A DNA stretch of 32,000 nucleotides from Deinococcus radiodurans R1 = ATCC 13939 = DSM 20539 (GCF_000008565.1 NC_001263.1:675776-707775), one strand, 5' to 3'. Numbered from the stretch's first letter, positions 1 through 12,727 are shown. Translations and numbers: made by a program. The notes: a model not told the origin generated them from the sequence alone.

Positions 1-384
1 TTGGATGTTGTTGTTGGTGAATTGAGTCCGGTAGGACTCTCCCGTGCGCTTCTTTCTGAAACGTGGGAATCCTACCTTTTTACCGGACTGCTTCACAGTC
101 CGAAAGAAGTTCTTGTACGCGGTCTCAAGGTTTTTCAGCGAGTTCTGCAAAGCAAACTTATCTACTTCCGAGAGCCAGGAGGTTTCTTCAGCCTGCTTCA
201 GAAGGGTCAGTTCGCTACTCGTTTGCCCGTAGGTCAGTCCCTTCCCGCTTTCCTTGTAGGCCGCAATGCGACGGGCAAGGAAGTGGTTGTAGACGAACCT
301 TGCGCTACCCAGCGTGCGGTTAATCAGTTCAGTCTGAGCCGCATTTGGGTACAGCCTGACCACGAAAGCCTTATTCCTTATCAT
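1..384 (-). CDS. tnpB: TnpB (IS605 OrfB family, RNA-guided endonuclease), N-terminal 128 codons, truncated by the window edge
   Basis: I reverse-complemented 384..1 by hand. It reads ATG ATA AGG AAT AAG GCT TTC GTG..., giving [128 protein letters not shown]. The frame is open to position 1 with no stop. The start overlaps the tnpA 3-prime end by 14 nt. The ORF is not in the supplied track, presumably because it has no in-window stop. Confidence 0.9.
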
Positions 385-793
385 GCTGGCTCTCTATGTA
401 TTTCTGAATCTGAGCGCGGGTGTTTTCAGAAACAGTCAGGATGCAATACGACGGGTTCCAGAGATTGCCGCCCCACAGCTTTTCTTTCAACTGCGGGTAG
501 GCCACGAACATCCGACGTGCGGAAGCGCCTTTCAGCGCCTTCACGAAGTCGGGGATGGCTTGCTGTGGGGTTGCGCTTAGCAGGAGGTGAACGTGGTCAG
601 GCATGACTTCCATCGTGATGACTTCCAGCCCGTTCTGAGCGGCAATGTCACGCAGGATGTCTTTCAGTCCATCAGCAACCTCACCCACCAACACCTGATG
701 ACGGTATTTCACGCACCAGATGAGGTGGTATTCAAGCTGATAGACGTAACCCCGGCCTTTCTTCATCTCAAGGGGAAGAATAACATATGTCAT
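371..793 (-). CDS. tnpA: IS200/IS605 Y1 (HUH) single-strand DNA transposase TnpA
   Basis: This is a 140-aa ORF with an HUH motif in MPDHVHLLL and the catalytic Tyr at residue 132 (QKYIES). The size and sequence match ISDra2 TnpA. Confidence 0.95.
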
Positions 794-822
794 CTGGAAA
801 AGCTAGAGGCTTCCGCTTTTCA

Positions 823-840
823 TCGCCCTTTTCAGGGCGA
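823..840 (-). repeat. Subterminal LE hairpin of the IS (TnpA recognition structure)
   Basis: There is a perfect 7-bp stem, TCGCCCT (823-829) with AGGGCGA (834-840), and a 4-nt loop. It lies about 45 nt inside the inferred left end, between the end and the tnpA start, as expected for IS200/IS605 ends. Confidence 0.7.
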
Positions 841-886
841 GAGGGGCTAACTCATGACTGAAGTCACGAGTGTGCGCCCCTCAAGC

Positions 887-891
887 ATCAA
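887..891 (-). other. TTGAT target/cleavage pentanucleotide flanking the IS left end (same sequence as the ISDra2 TnpB TAM)
   Basis: The plus strand reads ATCAA at 887-891, which is TTGAT on the element strand immediately 5-prime of the LE. ISDra2 is known to insert 3-prime of TTGAT. Confidence 0.7.
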
Positions 892-978
892 GCACGAACA
901 GCTTACCATCCGAATCACAGAACTCTCTCAAATAATATTGAGGAACCCAGTGGTGTCTGATTGGTTCATTATTTGCCA

Positions 979-4053
<3,075 letters not shown>

Positions 4054-4137
4054 TCCAGAAGAGGAGTATGACAGGTCTGGGAATGGTCCGAAGTTTAAAC
4101 ACTAGGAAACTGCCCGGAACGGTGAGATGTTGGGTCC

Positions 4138-4998
4138 GTGTCCATTCTTGTCCCTGAGCAGGTCCGGGAAGCTTTAGATGTCCATGTTGTTTCTTTCCTG
4201 GGCGGGCGCCTGAACAAGCATTGGCTGGTGGACGTCTGTGGGCACAAGCTGGTGCTGCGGCGGTGGGCCGCTGACCGTGAGGACGCCGGGTACGAGCGGG
4301 ACTTGCGGCAGGCGATACGCGCATCGGGTTGGCCCGTGGCGCGGGATGTCACCGCCTTGACTGAAATTGCGGGGGAGCTGTGGAGTCTTGCGGAATTTCT
4401 CCCCGGCGAGCCTCACCCGGAGAAAAACTCGGCAGCAGAGTTGAGCTTGCGCGGGCGGCTGATGGCTGAGTTTCATCAAGTCACAGCGTCCCTGAACCCT
4501 GGGAGGCGCAAGCACTGGCGTCTTCCAGATGAGATTCTGTCGGACGACCACCTGGAACAAGTGTTCGAACACTGTCCTGACGTCCGTCTCCGGCGGCTGT
4601 TGTTCTGGCATTTGCAGCGGGGGCGGCAACTGGCGGCAGGGTTGCCCTGGTCGGAACAGTCCTTGCAGCTTATCCACGGAGATTTCACGCCCTGGAACCT
4701 GCTTTACAGGGAGGGTCAGCTTTCGGGCCTGCTGGACTGCGAGATGAGTCGCCCAGAATACCGAATCTCCGAATTCGCGCTGTCGTGGCGGGGCCGGTAC
4801 GATGCCCTGATTCACGCTTATCACGCCGTTTCCCCACTCTCAGCTCCCGAGTGGAACATGCTGACCCCAGCTTGGTGGGCACTCCTGCTGGAAGGGGCTT
4901 ACCGGAACCTGGTCAGCGGAACTGAAGATCAGGGGTGGACCGCAGGAATGCTCCTTCGCCGTTCTCCGCTGATGGGCATAGAAAGCTGTCCCTGTTAG
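4138..4998 (+). CDS. Phosphotransferase of the APH / choline kinase / homoserine kinase II fold; substrate unknown
   Basis: The 286-aa ORF carries the catalytic loop LIHGDFTPWNLL (HGDxxxxN) followed by LLDCEMS (metal-binding Asp). I assume a GTG start. G+C looks lower than in neighbouring genes. Confidence 0.7.
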   Translation: MSILVPEQVREALDVHVVSFLGGRLNKHWLVDVCGHKLVLRRWAADREDAGYERDLRQAIRASGWPVARDVTALTEIAGELWSLAEFLPGEPHPEKNSAAELSLRGRLMAEFHQVTASLNPGRRKHWRLPDEILSDDHLEQVFEHCPDVRLRRLLFWHLQRGRQLAAGLPWSEQSLQLIHGDFTPWNLLYREGQLSGLLDCEMSRPEYRISEFALSWRGRYDALIHAYHAVSPLSAPEWNMLTPAWWALLLEGAYRNLVSGTEDQGWTAGMLLRRSPLMGIESCPC

Positions 4999-5052
4999 TC
5001 TTTCGCCCCAGCCAGAGCGCGGCGTCGGGCTTCCCAAGAGGTGAGCCTCCCA

Positions 5053-5469
5053 TCACTCCGCTCCCAGATTCGCTTTCACCCACCCTGCGTCCGGCGCAAT
5101 TCGTTGCACCACTTCGATGACCGCCCCGTTCGGCCCGCCCACCTGAAAGCGGCGCTGGCCCCAGAGTTCATCCGTGACCGGCTTGAGCAAGGTCAAACCG
5201 GCCTGCCCAAGCCGCTGCGCTTCGGCCTGAGCGTCATCCACGATGAACGCGACAAACGGCTTACTCGTCTGCCCCTGCAAAGATGCGGGCGCGGCGGGAT
5301 GATGGCCGTCCATGAAATCCAGAAAAAAGCCGTTCAGGTCAGCGTGTTGCAGACTGACATACCAGTCCAGTTGAGCGGCGTATCTAAATCCGAAGTGTCG
5401 AACGTAGAACTCGGCGTCGGCCAGGGGCTGAGGCGTGAGCACAACGTTGCCCAGAGCTTGAATCTGCAT
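5053..5469 (-). CDS. VOC (glyoxalase / bleomycin resistance / dioxygenase fold) family protein
   Basis: Only the last 138 codons of the 450-aa track ORF look real: MQIQALGNVVLTPQPLADAEFYVRHFGF...ELWGQRRFQVGGPNGAVIEVVQ. The ATG at 5469 is preceded by AGGAGG on the minus strand. The upstream part of the track ORF is antisense to the aminotransferase gene. Confidence 0.75.
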   Translation of the reverse strand: MQIQALGNVVLTPQPLADAEFYVRHFGFRYAAQLDWYVSLQHADLNGFFLDFMDGHHPAAPASLQGQTSKPFVAFIVDDAQAEAQRLGQAGLTLLKPVTDELWGQRRFQVGGPNGAVIEVVQRIAPDAGWVKANLGAE

Positions 5470-5614
5470 CCTGTCCTCCTGATGACTCCACTTGTACCGG
5501 TTTGGATGTCGGAGGGGCAACCCGCCAGGGCAGCGACAGACAGGCGGGAGCCTCCGACAGGACTTGTCTGGGCCGCCGCTCTCCTTTGCCCGGCGCGGCG
5601 CCCAGACTGCTCCC

Positions 5615-6769
5615 ATGCCCGAGTTGCACCCCCGCGCCCGCCACGCCCAGACCAGCATCTTTACCCACATGAGCCTGCTGGCGGCGCGGCACGGCGCCGT
5701 GAATCTGGGCCAGGGCTTTCCGTCGAACCCGCCGCCCGCCTTCCTGCTGGACGCCGCCCGCCGCGCTGTGGGCACAGTGGACCAGTACACGCCGCCGCTC
5801 GGCCTGCCCGCCCTACGTGAGGCGCTGGGCGCTGACCTGAACGTGGACCCCGCCGACGTCATCGTGACCAGCGGGGCCACCGAGGGGCTACTCACGCTCG
5901 CGCTGTCGCTGCTGGTGCCGACTAGGGACGGGCAGCCCGCCGAACTCGTGGTGTTTGAGCCGGTGTACGACGTGTACGTGCCGCAAGCGGAACTGGCGGG
6001 AGCGCGGGCGGTGCCGGTGCCGCTGCATCTTGACCCAGAGGAGGGCTGGTCGCTCGACCTCGCGGCGGTGCGCGCGGCCATCACGCCCCGGACGCAGGCC
6101 CTGCTGGTCAATACGCCGCACAACCCCACCGGGCTGGTCTTTTCGTGGGCGGAACTGACCGAACTCGTCGCCCTGGCCCGCGAGCACGACCTGTGGCTCA
6201 TCAGCGACGAGGTGTACGACGAGCTGTATGCCAGTGAGCGGCCCACCTCTCTGCGCGAGCTGGCGCCCGAGCGCACCTTCACGGTGGGCAGCGCAGGCAA
6301 GCGGCTGGAAGTGACCGGCTGGCGGGTGGGCTGGATTCTGTGTCCGCCCGGATTGGGCGGGGGTCTGAGCTTGGCGGGGGGGCTGGCCAATGTGCGGCAG
6401 GTCACGTCGTTCTGCTCGCCCGCGCCGCTGCAAGCCGCTGTGGCCGAGGCATTGCCGCTCGCCCGTTCCCAGGGGTACTACGCGGCGCTGCGGGCTGACT
6501 ACGCCGCGCGGCGGGCGCTGCTCTCCAGTGGCCTGCGGAGCCTGGGGGCGCAGGTCCACGAGCCGCAGGGCACCTACTTCCTGACGGCACAGCATCCGAC
6601 CTGGACCGCCGAGGGCCTCGTCGAAAGCGGCGCCGTCGCGGTGATTCCGGGGGAGGCGTTTTACGTGACCTCACCGCCGCCCGCTGGCCTCCTGCGCTTC
6701 GCCTTTTGCAAGTCGCGGGCTGAACTGGAGCAGGCTCTCGAACGGTTGGCCCGGCTGTCCAATTTTTGA
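5615..6769 (+). CDS. Class I/II pyridoxal-phosphate aminotransferase (MalY / methionine or kynurenine aminotransferase-like)
   Basis: The sequence contains NLGQGFP, NTPHNPTG and the PLP-lysine context SAGKRLEVTGWRVGW. I chose the start at the ATG of MPELHPRARHAQTSIFT, and the 41 upstream codons of the track ORF are unlikely to be coding. Confidence 0.85.
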   Translation: MPELHPRARHAQTSIFTHMSLLAARHGAVNLGQGFPSNPPPAFLLDAARRAVGTVDQYTPPLGLPALREALGADLNVDPADVIVTSGATEGLLTLALSLLVPTRDGQPAELVVFEPVYDVYVPQAELAGARAVPVPLHLDPEEGWSLDLAAVRAAITPRTQALLVNTPHNPTGLVFSWAELTELVALAREHDLWLISDEVYDELYASERPTSLRELAPERTFTVGSAGKRLEVTGWRVGWILCPPGLGGGLSLAGGLANVRQVTSFCSPAPLQAAVAEALPLARSQGYYAALRADYAARRALLSSGLRSLGAQVHEPQGTYFLTAQHPTWTAEGLVESGAVAVIPGEAFYVTSPPPAGLLRFAFCKSRAELEQALERLARLSNF

Positions 6770-6802
6770 GGACTGTATGAAGATCCTCTGGCGTTTTTCA
6801 TT

Positions 6803-6808
6803 TACACT
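6803..6808 (+). promoter_or_regulatory. Candidate -10 box (TACACT) positioned for a leaderless mRNA of the downstream OMP gene
   Basis: A TANNNT hexamer ends 6 nt before the ATG at 6815, and no Shine-Dalgarno sequence is present. Leaderless transcripts with this geometry are common in Deinococcus. Confidence 0.35.
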
Positions 6809-6814
6809 CTTCTC

Positions 6815-7324
6815 ATGAAGAAGCTTGCTCTTTCTCTGTTGGCCCTCACGGCCCTTTCGTCTGCCAGCGCTGCCGAGCGCTTTGGCTTTTACCTGCTCGG
6901 CGCGCAGTACGAGCGTGACACCAACGCCACCGACGCCTTCCGCGTGGGGCTGGGCCTGCCGGTTGCCGGGATTGTGCAGGGCACCGGCGTGCTGGGCGTC
7001 ACCGGCAACGTGGGCTGGCTGCGCCACACCCGCGCCCTGAATGGCGACGGCACCGGCACGCAGCCCTACTACGGCGTGGGCCTGGGCTTGAGCAGCGCGC
7101 TGGTCAGCAACAGCCAGGCCAGCGTCAGTGGCCTCGTGGTTTACCCCCATGTTCTCGGCGGCGCCAACTTCGGCCTCAACGACCGCTGGGCGCTGTTCGC
7201 CGAAGCCTCGGCGGGCGCCAACATCTACGCGCTGGGGGCGAGCAGCGCTTACGGCTCGGACTCGACGAGTGGCGTTGCTCCCGGCTTCGGGCTGCGTCTG
7301 GGCGCGAGCTACCGCTTCCGCTGA
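6815..7324 (+). CDS. Small outer-membrane beta-barrel protein (about 150 aa mature), signal peptide
   Basis: The signal peptide is MKKLALSLLALTALSSASA|AE. The mature part is Gly/Ala/Tyr-rich with alternating amphipathic strands, and the C-terminus is GASYRFR with an aromatic residue near the end. It is a paralogue of the next gene. Confidence 0.65.
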   Translation: MKKLALSLLALTALSSASAAERFGFYLLGAQYERDTNATDAFRVGLGLPVAGIVQGTGVLGVTGNVGWLRHTRALNGDGTGTQPYYGVGLGLSSALVSNSQASVSGLVVYPHVLGGANFGLNDRWALFAEASAGANIYALGASSAYGSDSTSGVAPGFGLRLGASYRFR

Positions 7325-7335
7325 GCTGACCCCGG

Positions 7336-7371
7336 AAACCGCGTCGTGGCCCCGCGCCCGGTGCGGTTTTT
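7336..7371 (+). terminator. Rho-independent terminator-like hairpin
   Basis: AAACCGC (7336-7342) pairs with GCGGTTT (7363-7369) around a GC-rich interior, followed by a T run. It lies 12 nt after the stop codon. Confidence 0.5.
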
Positions 7372-7446
7372 CATGTGTGGAGAAAGTCCTATCCGCAGCA
7401 TGACCTCTTCCTCAAATCCTCCACATTTGCCCGCCAGGAACGCGCC

Positions 7447-7452
7447 TATAGT
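7447..7452 (+). promoter_or_regulatory. Candidate -10 box (TATAGT) positioned for a leaderless mRNA
   Basis: TATAGT ends 7 nt before the ATG at 7460, and there is no Shine-Dalgarno sequence. Confidence 0.35.
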
Positions 7453-7459
7453 CCGGGGT

Positions 7460-7933
7460 ATGAAGAGTTCCCTTTTCCGGATGACGGGCGCGGCCCTGCT
7501 GCTAGGCCTGCCTGCGGCGCACGCGGCCTCGGTCGGCGGCTTTGTCGGCAGTGACGCGGGCGTGTACTACCAGAGCAACCAGCCGGGTTCTTCCACCCGC
7601 TACGGCCTGACCGGGCTCGGCCTGTTCTCGCAGCAGGTGACGGTGGCGGGCGAAGTGGCTTCGCTGCGCGACTTCCCGAACAACGCGCCCAGCACCTTCG
7701 GCAGCCTGAAGCCCTACTACGGCTTTGGCCTCGGCGCCGGGGTCAGCCTGGGCAACAGCAGCTCGTTCAGCCTCTACCCCCACGCCCTGCTCGGCCTGCG
7801 CTACAACACCCGCGCTCCGCTGAGCGTCTACGGCGAAGTCAACACCGGCCTGCGCGCCACCATCGGCGGCGGGACGAACATCGGTCTTGGTGGCGGCGCC
7901 CGCATCGGCGTGAACTTGAACATCGCCAACTGA
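7460..7933 (+). CDS. Small outer-membrane beta-barrel protein, paralogue of 6815-7324
   Basis: I chose the internal ATG that gives the signal peptide MKSSLFRMTGAALLLGLPAAHA|AS. Motifs shared with the upstream gene are PYYGFGLGAG versus PYYGVGLGLS and LYPHALLGLRY versus VYPHVLGGANF. Confidence 0.65.
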   Translation: MKSSLFRMTGAALLLGLPAAHAASVGGFVGSDAGVYYQSNQPGSSTRYGLTGLGLFSQQVTVAGEVASLRDFPNNAPSTFGSLKPYYGFGLGAGVSLGNSSSFSLYPHALLGLRYNTRAPLSVYGEVNTGLRATIGGGTNIGLGGGARIGVNLNIAN

Positions 7934-7950
7934 ACTGTCATTGTTCATTG

Positions 7951-7984
7951 CCCCGGTGGTCGGCTGACCGCTGGGGATTTTTTA
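7951..7984 (+). terminator. Rho-independent terminator
   Basis: CCCCGGTGGTC, loop GGCT, GACCGCTGGGG form an 11-bp stem with one mismatch and one G-T pair, followed by ATTTTTT. Confidence 0.6.
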
Positions 7985-7994
7985 TGCCTCATGG

Positions 7995-8023
7995 TTGACC
8001 CTTCCGCGTTCCACTGCTACCCT
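7995..8023 (+). promoter_or_regulatory. Candidate sigma-70-type promoter for argG (TTGACC, 17 nt spacer, TACCCT)
   Basis: There is a good -35 hexamer at 7995-8000, a 17-nt spacer, and a TANNNT -10 at 8018-8023. It sits directly upstream of the ARG-box-like repeats. Confidence 0.4.
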
Positions 8024-8024
8024 G

Positions 8025-8062
8025 TGTGCATAGCTATGCGTAATTTTGCATAGTCATTCATC
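8025..8062 (+). promoter_or_regulatory. Two tandem ARG-box-like operators (putative ArgR binding site)
   Basis: TGCATAGCTATGCG (8027-8040, a 13/14 palindrome) and TGCATAGTCATTCA (8047-8060) both resemble the TGAAT-N4-ATTCA ARG-box core. They are 20 bp centre to centre and lie just downstream of the candidate -10 of an arginine biosynthesis gene. Confidence 0.45.
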
Positions 8063-8181
8063 CGATGCAGACCCTGACCGCCCGACGCTGACGCTTCCGC
8101 CTGACCCTTCCGGGACACGGGCGGACGCTTCACGTCTGGGCGTCTTGCGCTGCCTTTACAGAAAAAGGGGAGAATCACACC

Positions 8182-9390
<1,209 letters not shown>

Positions 9391-9391
9391 G

Positions 9392-9829
9392 GTGCTGCTT
9401 CGCCCCGCCACCCCCGCCGACGCCCACGCCATCGCCTTTCACCGCTACCCAGCCGGGGCCGACGCGCCAGAGCGCTCGGTGTATGCCGACTGGGCGCGCG
9501 CGAAGCTGCAGGCGGGCGAGTATCTGGACCTGCTGGCGCTCTGCGGCGAGGACGTGGTGGCGGGTGCGGGGTTGGTGCTGCTGGACTGGGGGCAGGGGCG
9601 CGGTTCGCCCAACCCGCTGCGGGCGTGGCTGGTCAACGTCTGGACGCACCAAGACTACAGGCGGCAAGGGCTGGCGCGGAGGTTGGTTTCAGACCTGCTG
9701 GCTCAGGCCAAGGCATGGGGCATCGGTACGGTGTCGCTGGGCAGCACCGATATGGCCCGCCCCCTGTACGAAAGCCTGGGTTTTAAGCCCTACCCACACG
9801 AAATGCTGCTGAACTTGGAGAAGCTATGA
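9392..9829 (+). CDS. GNAT family N-acetyltransferase (1 of 3 in tandem)
   Basis: The GTG at 9392 is 1 nt after the argG stop. The acetyl-CoA motif is RRQGLARRLV, and the C-terminus ARPLYESLGFKP parallels the next gene. The track ORF start at 9296 lies inside argG and is unlikely. Confidence 0.75.
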   Translation: MLLRPATPADAHAIAFHRYPAGADAPERSVYADWARAKLQAGEYLDLLALCGEDVVAGAGLVLLDWGQGRGSPNPLRAWLVNVWTHQDYRRQGLARRLVSDLLAQAKAWGIGTVSLGSTDMARPLYESLGFKPYPHEMLLNLEKL

Positions 9830-10284
9830 ACATCCGTCTTGCCACCTCCGCCGACGCCGAAACCATCGCCCAGCAACGGGACGCCATGTTCGTGGACATG
9901 GGCGAAGCCGCTGAAAAGCTGGCGCGGGTGCATGACTCTTCGCTGGCGTGGCACCGTCGGGCGCTGGAAAGTGGGCTGTATACGGGCTTTCTGGCTGAGA
10001 CTGACGGCGAAATCGTGGGCGGCGCGGGCCTGCTCTGGCAGGATTTGCCGCCCAATCCCGACACTGACCTCGACGTGCGCGGCTACGTCATGAATGTCTA
10101 CGTGCGGCCCGACCAGCGCGGGCAAGGGCTGGCGCGGCGTCTGCTGGAGCGCGTGCTGGACGAGTGCGCGGCGCATGGCGTGACGCAGGTGAGCCTGCAC
10201 GCTTCGGAAGCGGGGCGGCCCCTCTACGAAAAACTGGGCTTCAAGCCGACCAACGAGATGAAGTTGAAGGTGGAACGGCCATGA
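9826..10284 (+). CDS. GNAT family N-acetyltransferase (2 of 3), paralogue of 9392-9829
   Basis: The start overlaps the upstream stop as ATGA. The sequence contains the motif RGQGLARRLL and GRPLYEKLGFKP. Confidence 0.85.
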   Translation: MNIRLATSADAETIAQQRDAMFVDMGEAAEKLARVHDSSLAWHRRALESGLYTGFLAETDGEIVGGAGLLWQDLPPNPDTDLDVRGYVMNVYVRPDQRGQGLARRLLERVLDECAAHGVTQVSLHASEAGRPLYEKLGFKPTNEMKLKVERP

Positions 10285-10790
10285 ACATTCGCCGCGTCAC
10301 CCCTGCCGACCTGCCCGCCTTCCTCGCCGTGATGCTGGCGGCGGGCATGGATCCTCGCTCGGCCTGGAACAGCACCACGGTGGCCGACCTGGAAAAAAGC
10401 ATGTCCGGCCCACATTCCGGCGGCTTTCTGGCGCTGGACAGTGGGGGAGAGGCCGTCGGCTGCGTCGGCTTTCGCCCCGACCCCCACGACCCACACACGT
10501 TGACCCTGAACAAGCTGGCAACACTGCCGCAAGTGCGCGGGCAAGGCGTGGCGCGGCAGTTGGTGGATGAGGTGGAAGGTCTGGCCGCGCGGGAAGGTTT
10601 TCAGCGCGTGCTGCTGGCGGTCAGTCAGGTGAATCTGGGCGTGCGGCCCTTTTACGAGGGGCTGGGTTACAGGCAGGTAGATGAAGATTATGCGTACAGC
10701 AGCGGCAAAAACGGGCGGCCCGTGGTGCTGGCGAAGGAAGTCGCAGAAGGCCGATGGCAGAAGGCAGAAGGCTCTCGTGCTGGTCAATAG
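10281..10790 (+). CDS. GNAT family N-acetyltransferase (3 of 3), more divergent
   Basis: The ATG at 10281 overlaps the upstream stop as ATGA. The sequence contains the motif RGQGVARQLV and FYEGLGY. Confidence 0.8.
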   Translation: MNIRRVTPADLPAFLAVMLAAGMDPRSAWNSTTVADLEKSMSGPHSGGFLALDSGGEAVGCVGFRPDPHDPHTLTLNKLATLPQVRGQGVARQLVDEVEGLAAREGFQRVLLAVSQVNLGVRPFYEGLGYRQVDEDYAYSSGKNGRPVVLAKEVAEGRWQKAEGSRAGQ

Positions 10791-10990
10791 TTCCCTCACG
10801 GCTGGGCTTCTACTCACTACGACCATCCTCTGCTGGTTTGGACTGCAAAAGAGTTGGCCTCAGCCACACCTCTGGAAGCGTCTTTTCTGGCTCTTCCTCC
10901 TGCTGACCGTGCTTTATATCTTGTTGACTGCTTTGCAATTTGTTTTACGCATTCCCTGAACCTAGCCCCGAACTTCGGCGAGGACTTTTT

Positions 10991-12406
<1,416 letters not shown>

Positions 12407-12427
12407 GGGAAGGAGGACAATAAGGCT

Positions 12428-12727
12428 ATGAACGCTGTCCAGAGCCGTGCCGAGGTGCTGACCGTGATTGCTGCTCATGCTGACGAGCTCCGGCAGTTGG
12501 GCGTGGCGGAAGTCTGGCTGTTCGGCTCGGCGGCCCGTGACGAGTTGCGGCCCGAGTCGGATATTGACGTGCTGGTACGGCTCTCGCGTCCGCTGGGGCT
12601 GGCCTTCTTTGAGATCGCGCCGCAGCTCGAAAGCTGGCTGGGCCGCCCGGTGGATGTCGGCACCTTCGACGGCCTGCATGGGCGGGCACTGGGCCAGGTT
12701 CAGCGCGAGGCCGTGCGTGCCGCGTAG
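12428..12727 (+). CDS. Minimal nucleotidyltransferase (MNT / MntA-type antitoxin)
   Basis: The 99-aa ORF has the Pol-beta-superfamily motif LFGSAARDELRPESDIDVLV (GS...DxD). AGGAGG lies upstream of the ATG. Confidence 0.85.
   Translation: MNAVQSRAEVLTVIAAHADELRQLGVAEVWLFGSAARDELRPESDIDVLVRLSRPLGLAFFEIAPQLESWLGRPVDVGTFDGLHGRALGQVQREAVRAA

Larger units (their letters stand above)
1..886 (-). mobile_element. ISDra2-like IS200/IS605-family insertion sequence, partial: left end, tnpA and the 5-prime part of tnpB. The right end lies beyond the window start.
   Basis: The minus-strand order is LE hairpin, then tnpA, then overlapping tnpB, which is typical of IS200/IS605. Both proteins match ISDra2 TnpA/TnpB as I remember them. 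G+C is visibly lower than in the flanks. I place the boundary at 886 because the minus strand reads TTGAT|GCTTGAGGGGCGCAC, and TTGAT is the ISDra2 target pentanucleotide. Confidence 0.9.

Noticed and set aside
1-606. Plus-strand 201-aa ORF in the track (and the smaller plus-strand ORFs at 44-232, 63-323, 383-580, 587-850)
   Set aside because: It is antisense to tnpB and tnpA, whose identities are unambiguous. I recognised no domain. It is a shadow ORF.
892-978. AT-rich 87-bp spacer between the carB stop and the IS end, with a 5-bp stem CTCAA/TTGAG, considered as a carB terminator or IS remnant
   Set aside because: The stem is too short and has no convincing T tract. I could not tie it to any repeat family from the sequence alone.
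5470-6405. Upstream two-thirds of the 450-aa minus-strand ORF (and the 235-aa ORF at 5888-6595)
   Set aside because: It is antisense to the aminotransferase gene. Only the last 138 codons (5053-5469), which have their own ATG and AGGAGG, form a recognisable VOC-fold protein.
10936-10955. TTGCAATTTGTTTTACGCAT upstream of argH, considered as an ARG box, and TTGACT at 10924 as a -35
   Set aside because: The right half-site does not mirror the left, and there is no acceptable -10 at 16-18 nt spacing.
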